Part shown: positions 1-12,650 of the stretch, piece after piece
Position numbering within the stretch: position 1 is the first letter of the stretch
How the letters are laid out: each line of letters starts with the position of its first letter
From: an uncultured delta proteobacterium
GTDB taxonomy: Bacteria; Desulfobacterota; Desulfomonilia; Desulfomonilales; Desulfomonilaceae
NCBI GenBank assembly: GCA_963760985.1
Contig: CAVXFM010000010.1
Location: 388,430 to 452,429, forward strand
Direction: 5' to 3'
DNA length: 64,000 nt
The notes under the pieces: generated by a model
Database searches by the model: none
Told to the model about the DNA's origin: nothing
Seen by the model: only the letters and a program-made list of their open reading frames with translations
Program-made: the position numbers and the translations under genes

Positions 1-265
1 CATTGGTCGCGAGTTCGTGGCTGCTTCGATGAATTTCCAGGAAACTCCAGACGAAAGAGACGACTATGAGGATGCTCCAGACCACCACCAGGGCACAGAG
101 GCTCTGACCTAGGCCACAAAATTCCTTCTTGTCAAGTTCTGGGACGGTCATGATTCACCTCGACGGAAATCCCCATGTGTGCCGGTAGTAGGCCAGGTCG
201 TTTCTTCCGCGGATACGCGGTCGATCTCGTAGGAATCGGTAACAGCTTTCCGGCACCGAGGAACC

Positions 266-1318
266 TCAAGCACTTTTTGCCTCGGAGACCTCCTCGCATA
301 TCACCACGAAATCGCCCTTGCCCAACTGCATTGCTCGCAGCAGGGCCGCCTTTTCCGATCCATCTTTGGTTATTGCGGTGACAGCAAGCGGTTGCGATTC
401 TGTTGATGCCAAGGTGTGTATGGCGTCGGCCCAGCTCGCGCTGGTCATCCCGTCCTGAAGAGCCTGTCCAAAGGTCGCGCTCAACCATTCCGGAGGAAAG
501 GGAAGGTCGTCAGGAATATAACCAAAGAGTTCCATAAACCTGGGATTAGCGTCCCGGACCGAGCCATCATTGCCGATCAGGATCATCCCCACCGGAACAA
601 ACTGGAATAGCTCGCGGAACTTCCGCTTTTCTCGAAGCATCACATCTTTGGCTCGTTCCATGTGCAGAGCCGCCTCTCGCAGTTTTTCCTCTGACTCTTG
701 CACGTCTGACGCGCGCTGCTTGAGAACAGTTTCCATCTGGCTATAGGCCTTGCGCAGACGCAGTTCCTCTCGCTGCCTCAGGCGCTGCTCGGTCCGCTCT
801 GGGGTAAGATCCTCAATGATAATGAGAAGGTACCTCTCGGTGGCCAGCCTGACGGATCTGATGTGAAGCCGGCACCATAGCTTGTTGCCCGAAATCTCGA
901 GAATCGCTTCCGCACGCTGAGGTTTGCGGGTCTGAAACGATCTCTCCAGAAGCGCCTGGGCTTTATTTACCAAAGCTTGGGCCTTTCCTTCATCACCAGG
1001 GCAAGAGAGCAAATCGGCAAATCGAAGCCCCCGCATCTGGTCCGAATCCTCCGTAATCTTGCGACACGCCTGATTGGCAAAGGCCACGCAATAATACGAG
1101 TCAATGACAAACGTGGGAATCGGTAGCGCATTCAACAGGCTACCCAAAGAGCTGGACTCGATGGCCCTCAGGTCGAAACTGCCTGTCTCGTGGACGTCAG
1201 CAGCGAACAGGTTGCTCAAGTCTATTGTGTGTGTCGAAACGTCACCGGCATCTGTTAACCTGGGAATGGAAACTTCCCCAGCCGACCATTCCGACGTGTG
1301 ACAAGTTCTCTCCAGCAT
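266..1318 (-). CDS. PAS domain-containing sensory protein (two PAS-like modules, no recognisable output domain)
   Basis: 350-aa ORF. PAS-like stretches (IPTFVIDSYYCVAFANQACRKITE and LFQFVPVGMILIGNDGSVRDANPRFMELFGY) separated by a coiled-coil segment. Codon usage matches its neighbours. Confidence 0.55.
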   Translation of the reverse strand: MLERTCHTSEWSAGEVSIPRLTDAGDVSTHTIDLSNLFAADVHETGSFDLRAIESSSLGSLLNALPIPTFVIDSYYCVAFANQACRKITEDSDQMRGLRFADLLSCPGDEGKAQALVNKAQALLERSFQTRKPQRAEAILEISGNKLWCRLHIRSVRLATERYLLIIIEDLTPERTEQRLRQREELRLRKAYSQMETVLKQRASDVQESEEKLREAALHMERAKDVMLREKRKFRELFQFVPVGMILIGNDGSVRDANPRFMELFGYIPDDLPFPPEWLSATFGQALQDGMTSASWADAIHTLASTESQPLAVTAITKDGSEKAALLRAMQLGKGDFVVICEEVSEAKSA

Positions 1319-1365
1319 GGTGTCCCTCCTCTACCATCAGGGCTTAAAGACCGGCGAGGGCCGGC

Positions 1366-2446
1366 TCACGTGATCATCGTCTGCTGTGGCATATGATTTC
1401 CCAGATTTCGGGAAAATCCGCGGCCGTGAGGGGATTGCGCGCGTATGCGCTCTGCGCGCAATCGCATGATATGAGCATCCCGGTCCTTTCCCACTGCAGT
1501 GCAAATTTCCGACAATTCCTCGAGCAATTCCGCGACTTTTCGATGATCCGCCCCCAGATTTGTTTCCAGAATGTCGAGCGCTCGTCTGAAGAACGACTCG
1601 GCTTCGGGCAAGCGTCTCTCACGCTTGCACAAGGCACCGGTGAGGCGGAGGTTGGTTGCCCAACTGAACCAATCCTGAAGCGGAGTCACCCTTTGGCTGA
1701 TTTCTCTGAAAGCAAAGAGCAGCGCTCCACCTTGCTTTGCGGTATTACCGGACGCGAGGATGGTCATTTCCACAGGAATTTCTCTGCCATTGCGCGAAAC
1801 CAAAATGCAATCGAATGATCGGGATACCTGCCCGGCAGCAGGATCGGTCAGGCAGAGATCGCGTATAAGTGCGCCGGTCGCGGTCTGTTTGAGGGGCAGG
1901 ATCTCTTGGGCAGTCCTGCCGACCGCATCGGTTTCCGAGAACTGCAAGAGCGTTTCTGCCAAAGGATTCATGTGCCTGACAATCCCTTTTCCGTCCGGTA
2001 CCGATCACTGCCCCACCGAGCCCGTTCACGGTCTGGGAAAACCACTCGGCGGTTTCTCGCATCTGTTGTTCTTTTCGATGTTTGTGAAGTGCCACCTCAA
2101 TGGTGGTCCGCAGTTCAGATTCAGCGAAGGGCTTTACCAGATAAGCAAACGGATCCCCCAGCTTGGCCTTCTGCAACGTCTGTTCGTCCGAATGCGCGGT
2201 GAGATACACCACGGGAATATCGTGGAACTCATGAATTTTCCGCGCAGCTTCTATTCCGTCGATCTTACCTGCCAGTTTGATGTCCATGAGAACCAGGTCA
2301 GGCAGGACCGTGGCCGCAATCTCTATCGCTTCCTCGCCACGTCCCAGCGTGCCCACCACCTCATAGCCGAAAGCTGTCAGCCTGGACTTGAGTTCCATGG
2401 CCACAATCACCTCATCTTCGACAATCAGTATCCTTGGAGCCGACAT
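1366..2446 (-). CDS. response regulator receiver fused to a PAS/TPR-like region; apparently frameshifted between 1972 and 2060
   Basis: ATG at 2446 opens a canonical receiver (MSAPRILIVEDE...LMDIKLAGKIDGIEAARKIHEF...YLVKPF), 14 nt downstream of the kinase stop. That frame runs on without homology to 1745. ORF 1366..1971 in another frame encodes a PAS core plus TPR-like helices. Receiver and PAS are probably one gene split by an indel. Confidence 0.5.
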
Positions 2447-2460
2447 GGAATCCTTCCTCC

Positions 2461-3468
2461 TCACACTTGCTCGCAACTCGGAAATGTGGCCCGAAACGTG
2501 ACTCCGTTTTTGTGAAGGACCTCGATGCTTCCCCTCAATTGCGTTTCCACGAGATTGACCACCAGTTGCAGTCCAAGGGAAGCCGTGTTGCGGTAGTCGA
2601 AACCGTCGGGCAAACCCTTTCCATTGTCTTGCACCGCGAACGTGTAAGACTGGGCATCCTTTCGCAAGAATTCGACGCGGATTTCGCCCGCGCATTGGGG
2701 TGGAAACGCATGCTTCAGGGAATTGCTGACCAACTCGTTGATAACGAGACTGCATGGAAGCGCCCGGGCTACGTCCAGAAAGACGTGACTGGCATGCACG
2801 CTGATCTGCACCGAACCAATCCGGTTGCCATGGGTTTGCGTCAGAGCCTTAGCCAACGATTTCAGATAGTCAGCGTAATCAATTCGAGAGAGATCGTCCG
2901 ACTGATAAAGCTGCTCGTGGATCAGCGCCATGGACCTGATCCTGTCCTGACTATCTCTGAGCGCGTCCACGATCTTGGGGTCGTCGACATGAGCGCTCTG
3001 TAACGAGAGCAGGCTACTTATTATCTGGAGGTTGTTCTTGACCCGGTGATGGATCTCGCTGAGAAGAATTTCCTTTTCCCTCAGCGACTCTCTGATTTGT
3101 TCCTCCGCGAGTGTCCGCTGAGCGATTTCCATTCTCAGCTTCTCATTGGAAATGGAAAGCTCTTCCGTGCGTTCTCGAACCCGTTTGTCCAATTCCTGGT
3201 GGGCAGTAAGGAGATCGAGTTCCGCTTGCCGCCGCGCGGCTATTTCTACGATGAGTTTCCTGTTGGACTCTTCAAGAACCTTTCTTCTCCGTTTCTCTTC
3301 CTCATACACTTTCACCAAGTCATCCGCATACTTGAGCGATTGCCTGAAGAAGAGGTCTCTTTCGTTGAGCGTATCGTGCGTCATGTTACACGTCCCAACC
3401 GTGGCGGTCTCCTCGGTAGAAATCTCTACAGACTGCATTGCACTTCCTTGTAGCCTCGATTCGGACAC
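2461..3468 (-). CDS. sensor histidine kinase, HisKA_2/HWE-type, with N-terminal QSLKYAED module
   Basis: 335 aa. H-box [20 protein letters not shown] is typical of the HisKA_2 family. A C-terminal HATPase-like region follows ([12 protein letters not shown]...DNGKGLP...SLGLQLV). N-terminus has a coiled coil and the shared motif [20 protein letters not shown]. Confidence 0.8.
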   Translation of the reverse strand: MSESRLQGSAMQSVEISTEETATVGTCNMTHDTLNERDLFFRQSLKYADDLVKVYEEEKRRRKVLEESNRKLIVEIAARRQAELDLLTAHQELDKRVRERTEELSISNEKLRMEIAQRTLAEEQIRESLREKEILLSEIHHRVKNNLQIISSLLSLQSAHVDDPKIVDALRDSQDRIRSMALIHEQLYQSDDLSRIDYADYLKSLAKALTQTHGNRIGSVQISVHASHVFLDVARALPCSLVINELVSNSLKHAFPPQCAGEIRVEFLRKDAQSYTFAVQDNGKGLPDGFDYRNTASLGLQLVVNLVETQLRGSIEVLHKNGVTFRATFPSCEQV

Positions 3469-4095
3469 CGTGGGATCGGGCTTCTCCCAGGGGGGAAATT
3501 TAGCCCTTGGATTAGGGAATTTGCCACGTTTTCTGTCTTCGGTCTCTTCGCTTGCTCAACCAGTCGCTTTTCCTCACTCTGTTTCGTTAGTGGCAAGTTT
3601 CGTGCCAACCGTGGAGATCGGCCAGGAATAGAGGATTATCTTGTGATGTAGGGAGGATATCCGGTGGCGGGCCATAGAGCGAGGGGGCAGGGGAAAGAGA
3701 GAGGTGCACAAAAAAAACACATAAATGCACGGGAAAAAGAGTGAACAGCGATCATCTTGCCGAGAAACTCGACTGCTGGTCCCTGAATCGGATGTGTTTA
3801 TTTTCTGTGCACAGGCAGCCAAAGACGGATGGCTGCTTGGAAGCTGTCGAACTGGACGCCGCGTTCGGTGACGCGGACGGACTTGCGTCACCCGCAAGGA
3901 CGGGCCTCCCTGGACCTACAGGAACCGGGGATTATTTTCCGGTAACGGCCATAATCGGTCTTTTGATTCTGCGTTGGGCAAAGGCGAGTAACTTGAAGGA
4001 GGGTATCTCCTTGCAAGCGACCCGGGGCCGTCGAATCTGCGTTCAGGAGATCTCTCTCCGTTGGGCTGGGTTGCTCAATGATAAGCGAAAAGGTA

Positions 4096-7000
4096 TTAGC
4101 TCTTGTCCAGGGTTTCACGAACCATCTGGAGCACTTGCTTCATGTCATACGGTTTCTTTATAAATCCTCTCACTTTCATTTCCACGGTTTCTCCGGTAGC
4201 GCCTTCGCCGTAGTGACCGCTCGCAATGATCACTTTCACGAGAGGAGCGATCTTGAGAAGTTCTTCAAGGCACTGGTACCCTCCCATTTCGGGCATGATG
4301 AGATCCATGATGACGAGTGAAATCGTGTCCGCTTCTTTCTTGTACAGGCTCAGCGCCTCTTTCCCGTTGGCCGCGGTGATTACTTGGTATCCTGATCGTT
4401 CCAGCATCCTTGTGCCCAGGTCTCTAATGGAGATTTCATCATCCACCAGCAGAATCGTCTCCGAACCGCCCAATTGCTCGATCTCCATCGCGGGTTTCTG
4501 CGCGAGGGATTCAGCTGGGACTGCCGGAAAATAGATTTTGAACGTGGTCCCTTTGCCGGACGTACTGACACAGGTAATGTGGCCACCGTGTTGTTGGACG
4601 ATCCCATACACCATAGCCAGTCCCAGGCCCGTTCCCTTGCCCGTCTCCTTGGTAGTGTAAAACGGCTCGAAGATATGGTGCAAGGTGTCTTGGTCCATTC
4701 CTTGCCCGGTATCGGACACAGAAAGCATCACGGAATCACAGGCCCTCACGCCGAGGTGCAGACGGCAATACTCTTCATCCAGGGTGACGTTCTTTGTTTC
4801 AATGAGGAGCTTCCCTCCGTCAGGCATTGCATCTTTCGCGTTCACGGCCAGATTCATGAGAATCTGTTCCATCTGGATAGGGTCCGCGTTGATCGTGTGC
4901 AGATCTTTGGACAGGACGAGGTTGATCTTGATCATCTTGGGAATAGTTCGCGAAAGCAGGGTCCTTACTTGCTCGATTTGACTGTTGAGATCAAGGGGCC
5001 GAAGGTTGATCTCCGCCTTTCTACTGAACGCGAGTATGCGCCGAACCAAGTCAGCACCATTGATCGCTGCCTGATGGATCTTCTGAAGGTCCGCGTAAGA
5101 AGGGTCCTGTTCGTCCTTGTCAGCAAGCAGCAGTTCGGAAAACCCCTGCACGATGGTAAGTAAGTTGTTGAAGTCGTGAGCCATACCTCCAGCCAGGGTC
5201 CCGATGGCCTCCATCTTCTGCGCGTGGGCAAGTTGGGAGCGCAGGGACTTTTCATCGCTGATGTCTACCACGAAACTGAGAATCGCTGGGTCTCCCTGGA
5301 ACTGTGTCCTGGTCATCCAAATGGAGACATCAAATGGCTCGCGATTCTTCCTGAGTCCTGTGGCTTCCAGATGATAGGGGACCGGCACTCCCTCCAACAA
5401 GTCCGTCAGCAGAGTTTGCATGGTCCCCTGAGATTCCGGGGCATACAGGTCTCCAATTTGCGATCTTAAGATCTCTTGCTGGCTGTCATAGCCGAAGGTT
5501 CTTACGAATGCGGGGTTGACGTATTGCCGCCTTCCACGCTGGAAGATGGTGATGCCGATGGGCGAGGATTCAGTCAGGACACGAAATCTCTCTTCAGAAG
5601 CTTTCAATTCTTCTGCGGCCTTCTTGCGTTCGGTGATGTCCACGGCAAAGCCTCTGATCCCCACGATCTTTCCCTCATGCACGATAGGCGCTGAGTGCGT
5701 GACCACGTCAAAGGTCCTGCCGTTCCTCCCCAGAACCCTATACTCATGGCCGCCTGGCGTTTCCCCGGAAAGGGTCCTGCGCAAGTCTGTTGCCACTCGT
5801 TCGGTATCTTCGGCAATGAACACGTCGCGGACATGCAATCCCCTTTCCAGATCTTCCCGCGTGTACTCCGTCACCTGCAACGCTGACTCGTTGACGAAAG
5901 TGAAATAACCCTTCTCATTGATTTCATACACAAACTGCGGGAGCAGTTCGGCCAATTCCCTGAATTTCTCTTCACTCAAACGGAGTTTCTGTTCAATTCT
6001 CTTCAATGCCGAGGAATCGGCAGCGATCAGCAGAAGATGAGGTCGTCGTCCGAACCGGAATCTGCTCAAACGACAGACCAGCCACACTTCCTTGCCGTAA
6101 ATGGTGACGAAATGTACTTCGCGGCGTTTTCCGATACCGTGGGACAAGACCTCTTCCGCGTCATCGAACATGCCCAATTCTCGCCAAGACGTGAACTCGT
6201 GGAAATTTTTCTTGAGCAAGTCCTCTTGAGAACCTCCGAGGATGGAGCACATGGCGTCGTTGACGGTCACCGTTTGCCCGTCAGCTCTGTATGTGGCTAT
6301 TCCCACAGGGGAAGAACCCAAAATTTTCCTGTTGAATTCATGCGCTTCGGCGATCCGAGTCTCGGCCCGCTTCCTTTTGCTCACGTCCTCCATCATGGCA
6401 ACGAAATGGATGGGAATGCCCTCTTCATCACGAACCACAGCGACCGTGAGGCTGATCCAAACGCTCTTTCCTCCCTTTCTCAGGTAGCGTCTCTCAACTC
6501 TGTAATAAGGAATCTCTCCTCTTACCAGGCGCCTCGCGCATCTCGCACCCTTCCGGATGTCCTCCGGATGGGTGAGGTCAACGAACGAGAGTCTCGTAAG
6601 TTCATCCTCCGTATATCCCAGGATCTCGCAGAGCGTGGCGTTTACAGCGACCCATCGATAATCCAATCCCAGTATTGCTATGCCGAACGGCCCCTGTTGA
6701 AACACCTTGCGAAAGCGTTCCTCGCTCTGTCTCAACAGCAACCGCGCTCGTTCCTGTTCTCTGCCACGCCTCATGGCCGTGAGCCCGCAACTCAGCCCAC
6801 CTGCCAATTCGGTAACGAATTTGACTTCGTCCTCGTCAAAAGCATCCGGTTCGTTCGCGGGGATTGTCAGTGCCCCGATGACCCGGCCGTCCGCCACAAG
6901 GGGCAAGGAAATCGCGGAACTATGGCCAAGCGCGAGCAACTGCGGAGGCATAGGAGTAACCGAAGCATCGGTCGGGATACTTCTCGCAATCTGCGTCTGC

Positions 7001-8234
7001 CCGGTCCTGATCGTGGTACCAGTGAGATGCGCTGTGGCGTTATCCGCCCAGGAAACGTGGGCAGTGTCGAAGAAGCCTTCCTCGAAACCCTTGTGGGCAC
7101 CGATGCGAACCGTTTTTGCCTCGTCTTTGACCGCAAATTCGACCCAGGCTCGGGGATAGCCCGCGACTTCAACAATGATCCTGCATATTTCATTCAGAAG
7201 GGGGGCCTCTTCCGTGGTGAGCGCCAGTGCTTGGTTACACTCACTGAGCGCTCTCCATGCGCGGGACGCACGGAGCAAATGCTTTTCGGTCTGCTCGCGG
7301 CGGGCAATCTCAGCCCGAAGGCTCTCGTTCCTCGCGTTCAGTTCGTGAGTCCGTTGCAGAACCCTGCTCTCCAATTGATCTCGCGCATCTCTCAGGGCTT
7401 GTTCCGCGTCTTTGCGTTCCGTGACATCACGGCCCACGGCAAAAATCATCGGTTCTTCAGGAAGAGGAAAAGCATTCCACGAGATCCATCGATAGGTGCC
7501 GTCCTTGCATTGCCACCGATTCTCAAAAGCATATATCGTCTTGCCGGATATGAGGCGTTGCACTGCAGCAATCGTGCCCGGCCTGTCGTCCGAGTGAACT
7601 AACCGGATCCACGGTTTGCTCAGCAATTGATCTCGGGGCCATGAAAGAACCTTGGTGAACGCGGGATTCACTTCCTTGAGGAATCCGTCAAAACCTGAGA
7701 AACTCAGCATATCGACGGAGAGGTTGAACACCCGATTCCGTTCCTGTTCCACAATCTTTTGCGCAGTGACGTCCCGGCCGACACCCTGAATTTCCCACAG
7801 GTTACCCTGTTCGTCATAAATAGCGCGATCGGTCCATCGCTGCCACCGGATCTTCCCTTCCGGGTCGATTACCCTATGCTCATGTGAGAGGATGGGGCTC
7901 TCAGGACTGAGAGACGAAAAAAATGATAATTTACCGCGTCGCTGTCCTCTTCCGGAATCGTTTGAGAAAAGCGGGTACCCATGAGGTCCCGAAGTTCTTT
8001 GCCAAAATAGCGGCAATACGCTGCATTGGCAAACGTGATAGTTCCGTCGGGAAAGTAGCGACAGATGAGTTCGGTTTGTGATTCGACCACGTCACGGTAC
8101 CGCTGTGCAATCCTCCTCCAGGTGTCCTCAGTCTCCCCGGACCCGAGTTCCGGTCTTTCCCCCCCGTAGACACCGTTCTCGAATAACCCTACCGTGGTGA
8201 AGAGTTGCTCTCCTGTCTCGCCCTGATCGCCCAT
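4096..8234 (-). CDS. large multi-PAS/GAF hybrid sensor histidine kinase with C-terminal receiver; frameshift at the A7/T7 run 7915-7921
   Basis: ORF 4096..8016 (1306 aa) carries several PAS/GAF modules, HisKA (GGMAHDFNNLLTIVQG), HATPase (GTGLGLAMVYGIVQQHGG) and a receiver (ILLVDDEISIRD...IMDLIMPEMGG). The PAS N-terminus (TELICRYFPDGTITFANAAYCRYFG) lies in ORF 7869..8234 in another frame. The two join at ...AVNYHFF | SSLSPESPILSHEHRVIDPEGK across a homopolymer. Confidence 0.75.
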
Positions 8235-8516
8235 GGTTCCCCACCTGAAAAGCTTAGAGAGTGGCCAGTGATTGGATAGAACGACCCGCGTATCATTCCG
8301 TGGAAGACGAAGCGGATCTCCCTAGGTGATGCAGAAGCACATCGAGAAAGACAAACCAATCACCGTTTCAAAATCAATAGACCCAAAGGTTGTATTATTA
8401 CAAATTGTCGAAGAAGGGAATCCCCGGGACGACATGCCGGCCCACCCCATTGGACAGCGTGCGTCTGTCCAAGCGGCATTCCCCGAATCCGCCACCGAGT
8501 TAAGAAAAGCAGGCGC

Positions 8517-10031
8517 TCAGTCCTCAATGCCGAGCGTCTTCAAATAATGGTTAAGCGAATTTCGGGATATCCCCAGCAGTCGTGCTGCGCCCACACGGTT
8601 GCCTCCTGACCGTCGCAAGGCCTCCAATACCAGTGATCGCTTCAATTCCCTTGAGACATCATTCAGGGACCTGTCCTCGGGAAAATCAGTGGCAAACGTC
8701 CAGATTTTCTCGGTATGACCGAGACCAAGGCTAGACGAGGTAATAGCACCGCCGGCAGACAGGATCAGCGTCCGCTCCAGGCGATTGCGAAGCTCCCGGA
8801 CGTTGCCCGGCCAGTCATAGCCTTTGAGTGTGTCCATGACATCCGGGTCGAAGGTGGGCTGAGCGGGAAGACGTATATCACGCTGTAATTGGGAGACAAG
8901 GTGCCGGACAAGGATAGGTATGTCTTCTCTCCGTTCGCGGAGAGGAGGTATGCGGATGGAGATGACATTAAGGCGGTAGAACAGGTCGCGACGGAATCGT
9001 CCCGTGTCCACCTCATCTTCCAACTCTCGATTGGTGGCTGCGATCAACCTCGCGTTGACCGAGATGCTTTTCTCTCCGCCCACCCGGGTGAACGATTTGG
9101 TGTCGAGAAATGTAAGCAACTTGGCTTGCAAGGAAAGCGAAAGCTCGCCGACCTCGTTGAGGAACAGCGTGCCTCCTTCGGCCAGTTCCAGCAGACCGCG
9201 CTTGCGAGCCCGGGCTCCCGTAAATGCACCGGGTTCATGGCCGAACAGTTCGGACTCGGCAAGTTCGGGCGAAACGGACGCGCAGTTTATGGCGAAAAAA
9301 GGGCCATTGGCTCGCTCGGAACTGTCATGAATGAAACGGGCCATGAAGTCCTTACCGGTTCCGCTTTCGCCGAGAAGAAGAATCGTGGTTTGCTGGGACG
9401 CAACGAGTCGCGCCTTGTCCAAAGCAGCTCTCATTGCGTGGGACGCGGAATCGACCGTGGCGGACACGGGGGGTGCTGCAGCCCTTCTGCGATCGGTGAT
9501 GTTTCGCGCGATCCCGCACAAGCCAATGACTTTCCCCGAAGAGTCCCGCAAGGGGACCTTGGTTTCGAGAAACGTGGTGGGAACTCCATTGACCGGGACC
9601 GTGTGTTCCTGCTCTATTGATTCGCCTTTGAGGACACGCCCGTCGATGACTCTCAAGCGCTGAGACACCTGGGGGCCGTACAGGTCAGCGTCGGTCTTGC
9701 CGATTATTGCAGACTTATCCAGTCTGAAAAGATTCTCCATGGCAGGACACGCGTGGGTGTACTTCAGAGTCTTGTCTTTGATGTATATACAATCTTGCGC
9801 GGTCTCGAAAACCGCGCGGAAACGTTCTTCACTCAGCCGAAGCGCTTCTTCGGAACGTTCGCGCTCGCCAATCTCCTGGAGCAGTCTTTGGTTTGCTGCT
9901 TCAAGTTCTTGACGTTTGGTCTTTTCCTCTTCGTACACGGTGACAATATCTTCCGCGTATTTCAGAGACTGCCTGACCAACAGCTCCTTTTCGTCGTCTG
10001 GGTCCTTGCGGGTGTCCTTAGTTTTAGTCAC
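8517..10031 (-). CDS. sigma-54-dependent Fis-family transcriptional activator (QSLKYAED module - PAS - AAA+ - HTH)
   Basis: 504 aa. Walker [16 protein letters not shown], the GAFTGA-like loop ([10 protein letters not shown]), [12 protein letters not shown], and a C-terminal Fis-type HTH ([21 protein letters not shown]). PAS domain upstream. Confidence 0.9.
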   Translation of the reverse strand: MTKTKDTRKDPDDEKELLVRQSLKYAEDIVTVYEEEKTKRQELEAANQRLLQEIGERERSEEALRLSEERFRAVFETAQDCIYIKDKTLKYTHACPAMENLFRLDKSAIIGKTDADLYGPQVSQRLRVIDGRVLKGESIEQEHTVPVNGVPTTFLETKVPLRDSSGKVIGLCGIARNITDRRRAAAPPVSATVDSASHAMRAALDKARLVASQQTTILLLGESGTGKDFMARFIHDSSERANGPFFAINCASVSPELAESELFGHEPGAFTGARARKRGLLELAEGGTLFLNEVGELSLSLQAKLLTFLDTKSFTRVGGEKSISVNARLIAATNRELEDEVDTGRFRRDLFYRLNVISIRIPPLRERREDIPILVRHLVSQLQRDIRLPAQPTFDPDVMDTLKGYDWPGNVRELRNRLERTLILSAGGAITSSSLGLGHTEKIWTFATDFPEDRSLNDVSRELKRSLVLEALRRSGGNRVGAARLLGISRNSLNHYLKTLGIED

Positions 10032-10297
10032 GGGAACCTCCCCTGGAGGACAGGAGTGTACGTATCATTGTCACGCGAAACTTCGTCATGAATTCGGGTG
10101 TCCCTGCGATTCTCTTTGCAGTGTTCTCGGAAGGCACTGCAGGGCAAGTATGGCCTCGCACCACCATCTCAGACCAACTGACTGAGGCCTCGGAGTCTGG
10201 CAGAGTAAGCGGCTTTCTGTGGACCTGGGCCGAAAATCGTCGCAACCGGCACAACGTGCCACGGTTTCGGGAAGGCATTGCTTTACGCTACAGCCTC

Positions 10298-10663
10298 TTA
10301 GTCGAGGATCTTGTCGACCTTCTTCATAAGTTCCAGCGGGCTAAAGGGTTTTACGATGTAATCGTCCGCTCCTGCGTCTTTGCCTTTTTCTCTATCCACG
10401 ATCTGTCCCTTGGCGGTGAGAAGGATCACCTTGCACTCTTTCGTGCGAGGGTGCTTCTTCAACATCCTGGTGGCTTCCAGGCCATCAATCGTTCCAGGCA
10501 TCATCACGTCCATCATGATGAGATCGGGTTCTTCCGCGATGGCTAGCTCAACGCCTTTTTCGCCGTTTTCTGCTTTAAGCACATGACGATCGCCCCTGCG
10601 AAGTGTCTTTTCTACCAGGTCCCTGACTTCTTCCACATCATCTACGATGAGTATTTTCTTCAC
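10298..10663 (-). CDS. single-domain response regulator (CheY-like)
   Basis: GTG start 7 nt after an AAGGAGGAAGG Shine-Dalgarno. VKKILIVDDVEEVRD...IMMDVMMPGTIDGLEA...VILLTAKGQ...DYIVKPF. Lies immediately after the kinase stop at 10677. Confidence 0.8.
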   Translation of the reverse strand: MKKILIVDDVEEVRDLVEKTLRRGDRHVLKAENGEKGVELAIAEEPDLIMMDVMMPGTIDGLEATRMLKKHPRTKECKVILLTAKGQIVDREKGKDAGADDYIVKPFSPLELMKKVDKILD

Positions 10664-10676
10664 TCTGCCTTCCTCC

Positions 10677-12650
10677 TTAAATCGCATCCGCGAATCCAAC
10701 CGGCAAGGCGAATCGTACTGTCGTACCCTTGCCGTATGCGCTTTCCACCCATACTTGTCCGCCCTCGGCTTCAATGAGGCTCTTGACGAGACTCATTCCC
10801 AGCCCAAGCCCCGGTACGGCCGTATCGGAGGTGTTCGCGCGATAGAATCTGTTGAAAATTTTTGACACCTGGTCCGGGGTCATACCAATGCCCTCGTCCT
10901 GTACGGAAAACTGGCACCGGTCCCCGATCAGTTCGCAGGTCAAGCGAATCAAGCCGCCTTCAGGCGAATACCTCTCGCGTTGTTCAGAATGGTTGTCAGG
11001 ACGTCGGTGAGAAATCTCCGACCCATCATGAGGTGCACGGGTTGTTCGGGGAACACGGTTTCGAAGCGGTGGATCTTGGACTGCTTGCGAAACGAATCTA
11101 TGATTTCTTCGATGGATTCTCTCACCTGCCACGGCTCGGGATCCACGGGGATGAACCTTCCCGTGTCGCTTTTCCAGACGCTCAGGAGCCTCGAAACCAG
11201 GGATGCGAGATTCCTGGCCTGAGCGTGAATGCGGGTGAGGCAGTCCTTTGTTTCTTCCTGCGAGAGATCGTCGCGAATCAAGAGCAGCTCAGAATAGCCA
11301 ATGATCGATGTGAGTGGGGTTTGCAGTTCATGGGCTGCGGTCGTCACAAATTCGGTCTTCATCTCTTCGATTTGCTTGCGGTCTGAGATTTCGCGTGATA
11401 CGCCCAAGATACCTGCCCGCGCCCCACTAGGGCCTTGCAAGACCGTGGCCGTGATTTCCATCCACACGGTTGACCCGTCTTTGCGACGATGCTCCACTTC
11501 GATGGTTCTTGATAACCCCTCTCGATCAGGTGGAGGTCCTTCGCTGGTGAGTTTCTTCGGCATACACTTGCATGAGCAGCTCCCGCGATGCCGGGGTGAA
11601 CATTTCCAACGGATCCAAAAGCACTATTTCTTCAGGCGTGTATCCGAGGACTTGGTTCACCGAGGGGCTCACATACGTGTAACGACCTTTCATGTCTACG
11701 GTCCAGATGATCTCTCTCGCGTTCTCCACGAGGGTACGATATCGCAGTTCGCTTTGCTGCAGCGCTTCTTCGACCCGCTCGCGTTCAGCTATCTGCATCC
11801 GCAGCCGGTCGTTGATCCTCACAAGCTCTGCAGTTCGTTGTTCTGCACGTCGCTCCAGTTCTTGATTGGCCCTTGACAGAGCAGCCTGTGAGGCCATTCT
11901 CTCGAGCGCTACTCCAATGCTGAAACTAATCCCCTCGAAAAAACGGATGGTCTTGGAGGTGAAACAGCCTTCACTCTTGTCATTGAGCTGTACCAGGCCA
12001 ATGATTTCTCCTTCGGACCGCAGGGGAATGAGCGCTACGGACTCGTACCCCTCTTCAGCGCACACGTTTCCTTCACAGGACTGGCGGGCACCTACCGAAG
12101 CCTTTCCTGGAAGTCGTGACAAGCAGTTAGTCCAGAACGTTCCCGCTTCGGAAAAATGAGACCGGGACCCATCTAAACGACTCTGTAAGACCTTGCCGCA
12201 GTAGCATTTCAGCAGAAATTTGCCTGATGAGTCGCATGCAGCGGCACTTGAAATGTCCTTAGGGCACAGGAAATTCTCCGCGTCGACAAAGTGATCCGGA
12301 AAACCACTCGTGACGCAATAGGGAAAGTCCGCGTCGTCACGCAGGCGCACTCCCACTGCATCGAGTTGCGTGAAATGTCTGATCTTGTGCACGATATCGC
12401 GAAGAACTTGTTGCCGATCGCGAACGGACCGATTGAGAAGCTCAAGAATTTCGAGAGCCAGGGCGTTTTTCTCCTGTACCCTCTTGAGCTTCATACAAGA
12501 CGCTGTATTTTTATTCTCCTGCCGCATCGAGTCGTCCACGGATTCTTTGTCTCTCGGTTGTGCTTCATCCTGTCCTACCGAGGGCACACCGGAGCGCCAT
12601 GTCACAAGGCACTTTTCCTGCCAACGACCATGACCTGACAGTGCCACCAA
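10677..12650 (-). CDS. GAF-PAS sensor histidine kinase, fragmented by two apparent frameshifts (about 11545 and about 10960)
   Basis: Three consecutive overlapping ORFs in different frames carry successive parts of one kinase. ORF 11526..12650 has GAF plus the start of PAS. ORF 10949..11563 has the end of PAS plus HisKA (TTAAHELQTPLTSIIGYSELL). ORF 10677..11132 has HATPase (RYSPEGGLIRLT...DEGIGM...GLGLGMSLVKSLIEAEGGQVWVES). The N-box is split: LTTILNNA in one frame, RYSPEGG in the next. Confidence 0.7.

Noticed and set aside
132-488. 118-aa and 68-aa ORFs at the left edge
   Set aside because: Arg-rich low-complexity translations that overlap the 3-prime end of the PAS gene. No support.
6037-7602. 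521-aa ORF on the plus strand
   Set aside because: It lies entirely antisense to the well-supported hybrid kinase, has no domain signal and a Arg/Ser/Pro-rich composition, so it is a GC-rich shadow ORF. The same judgement applies to 31506..32891, 37626..38693, 40648..41457, 49596..50747, 54086..55063 and 28528..29367 on the opposite strands of real genes.
10240-10297. TGGCACGTTGTGCC on the minus strand upstream of the sigma-54 activator gene
   Set aside because: GG to GC spacing is 8, not 10. Not a credible -24/-12 promoter.
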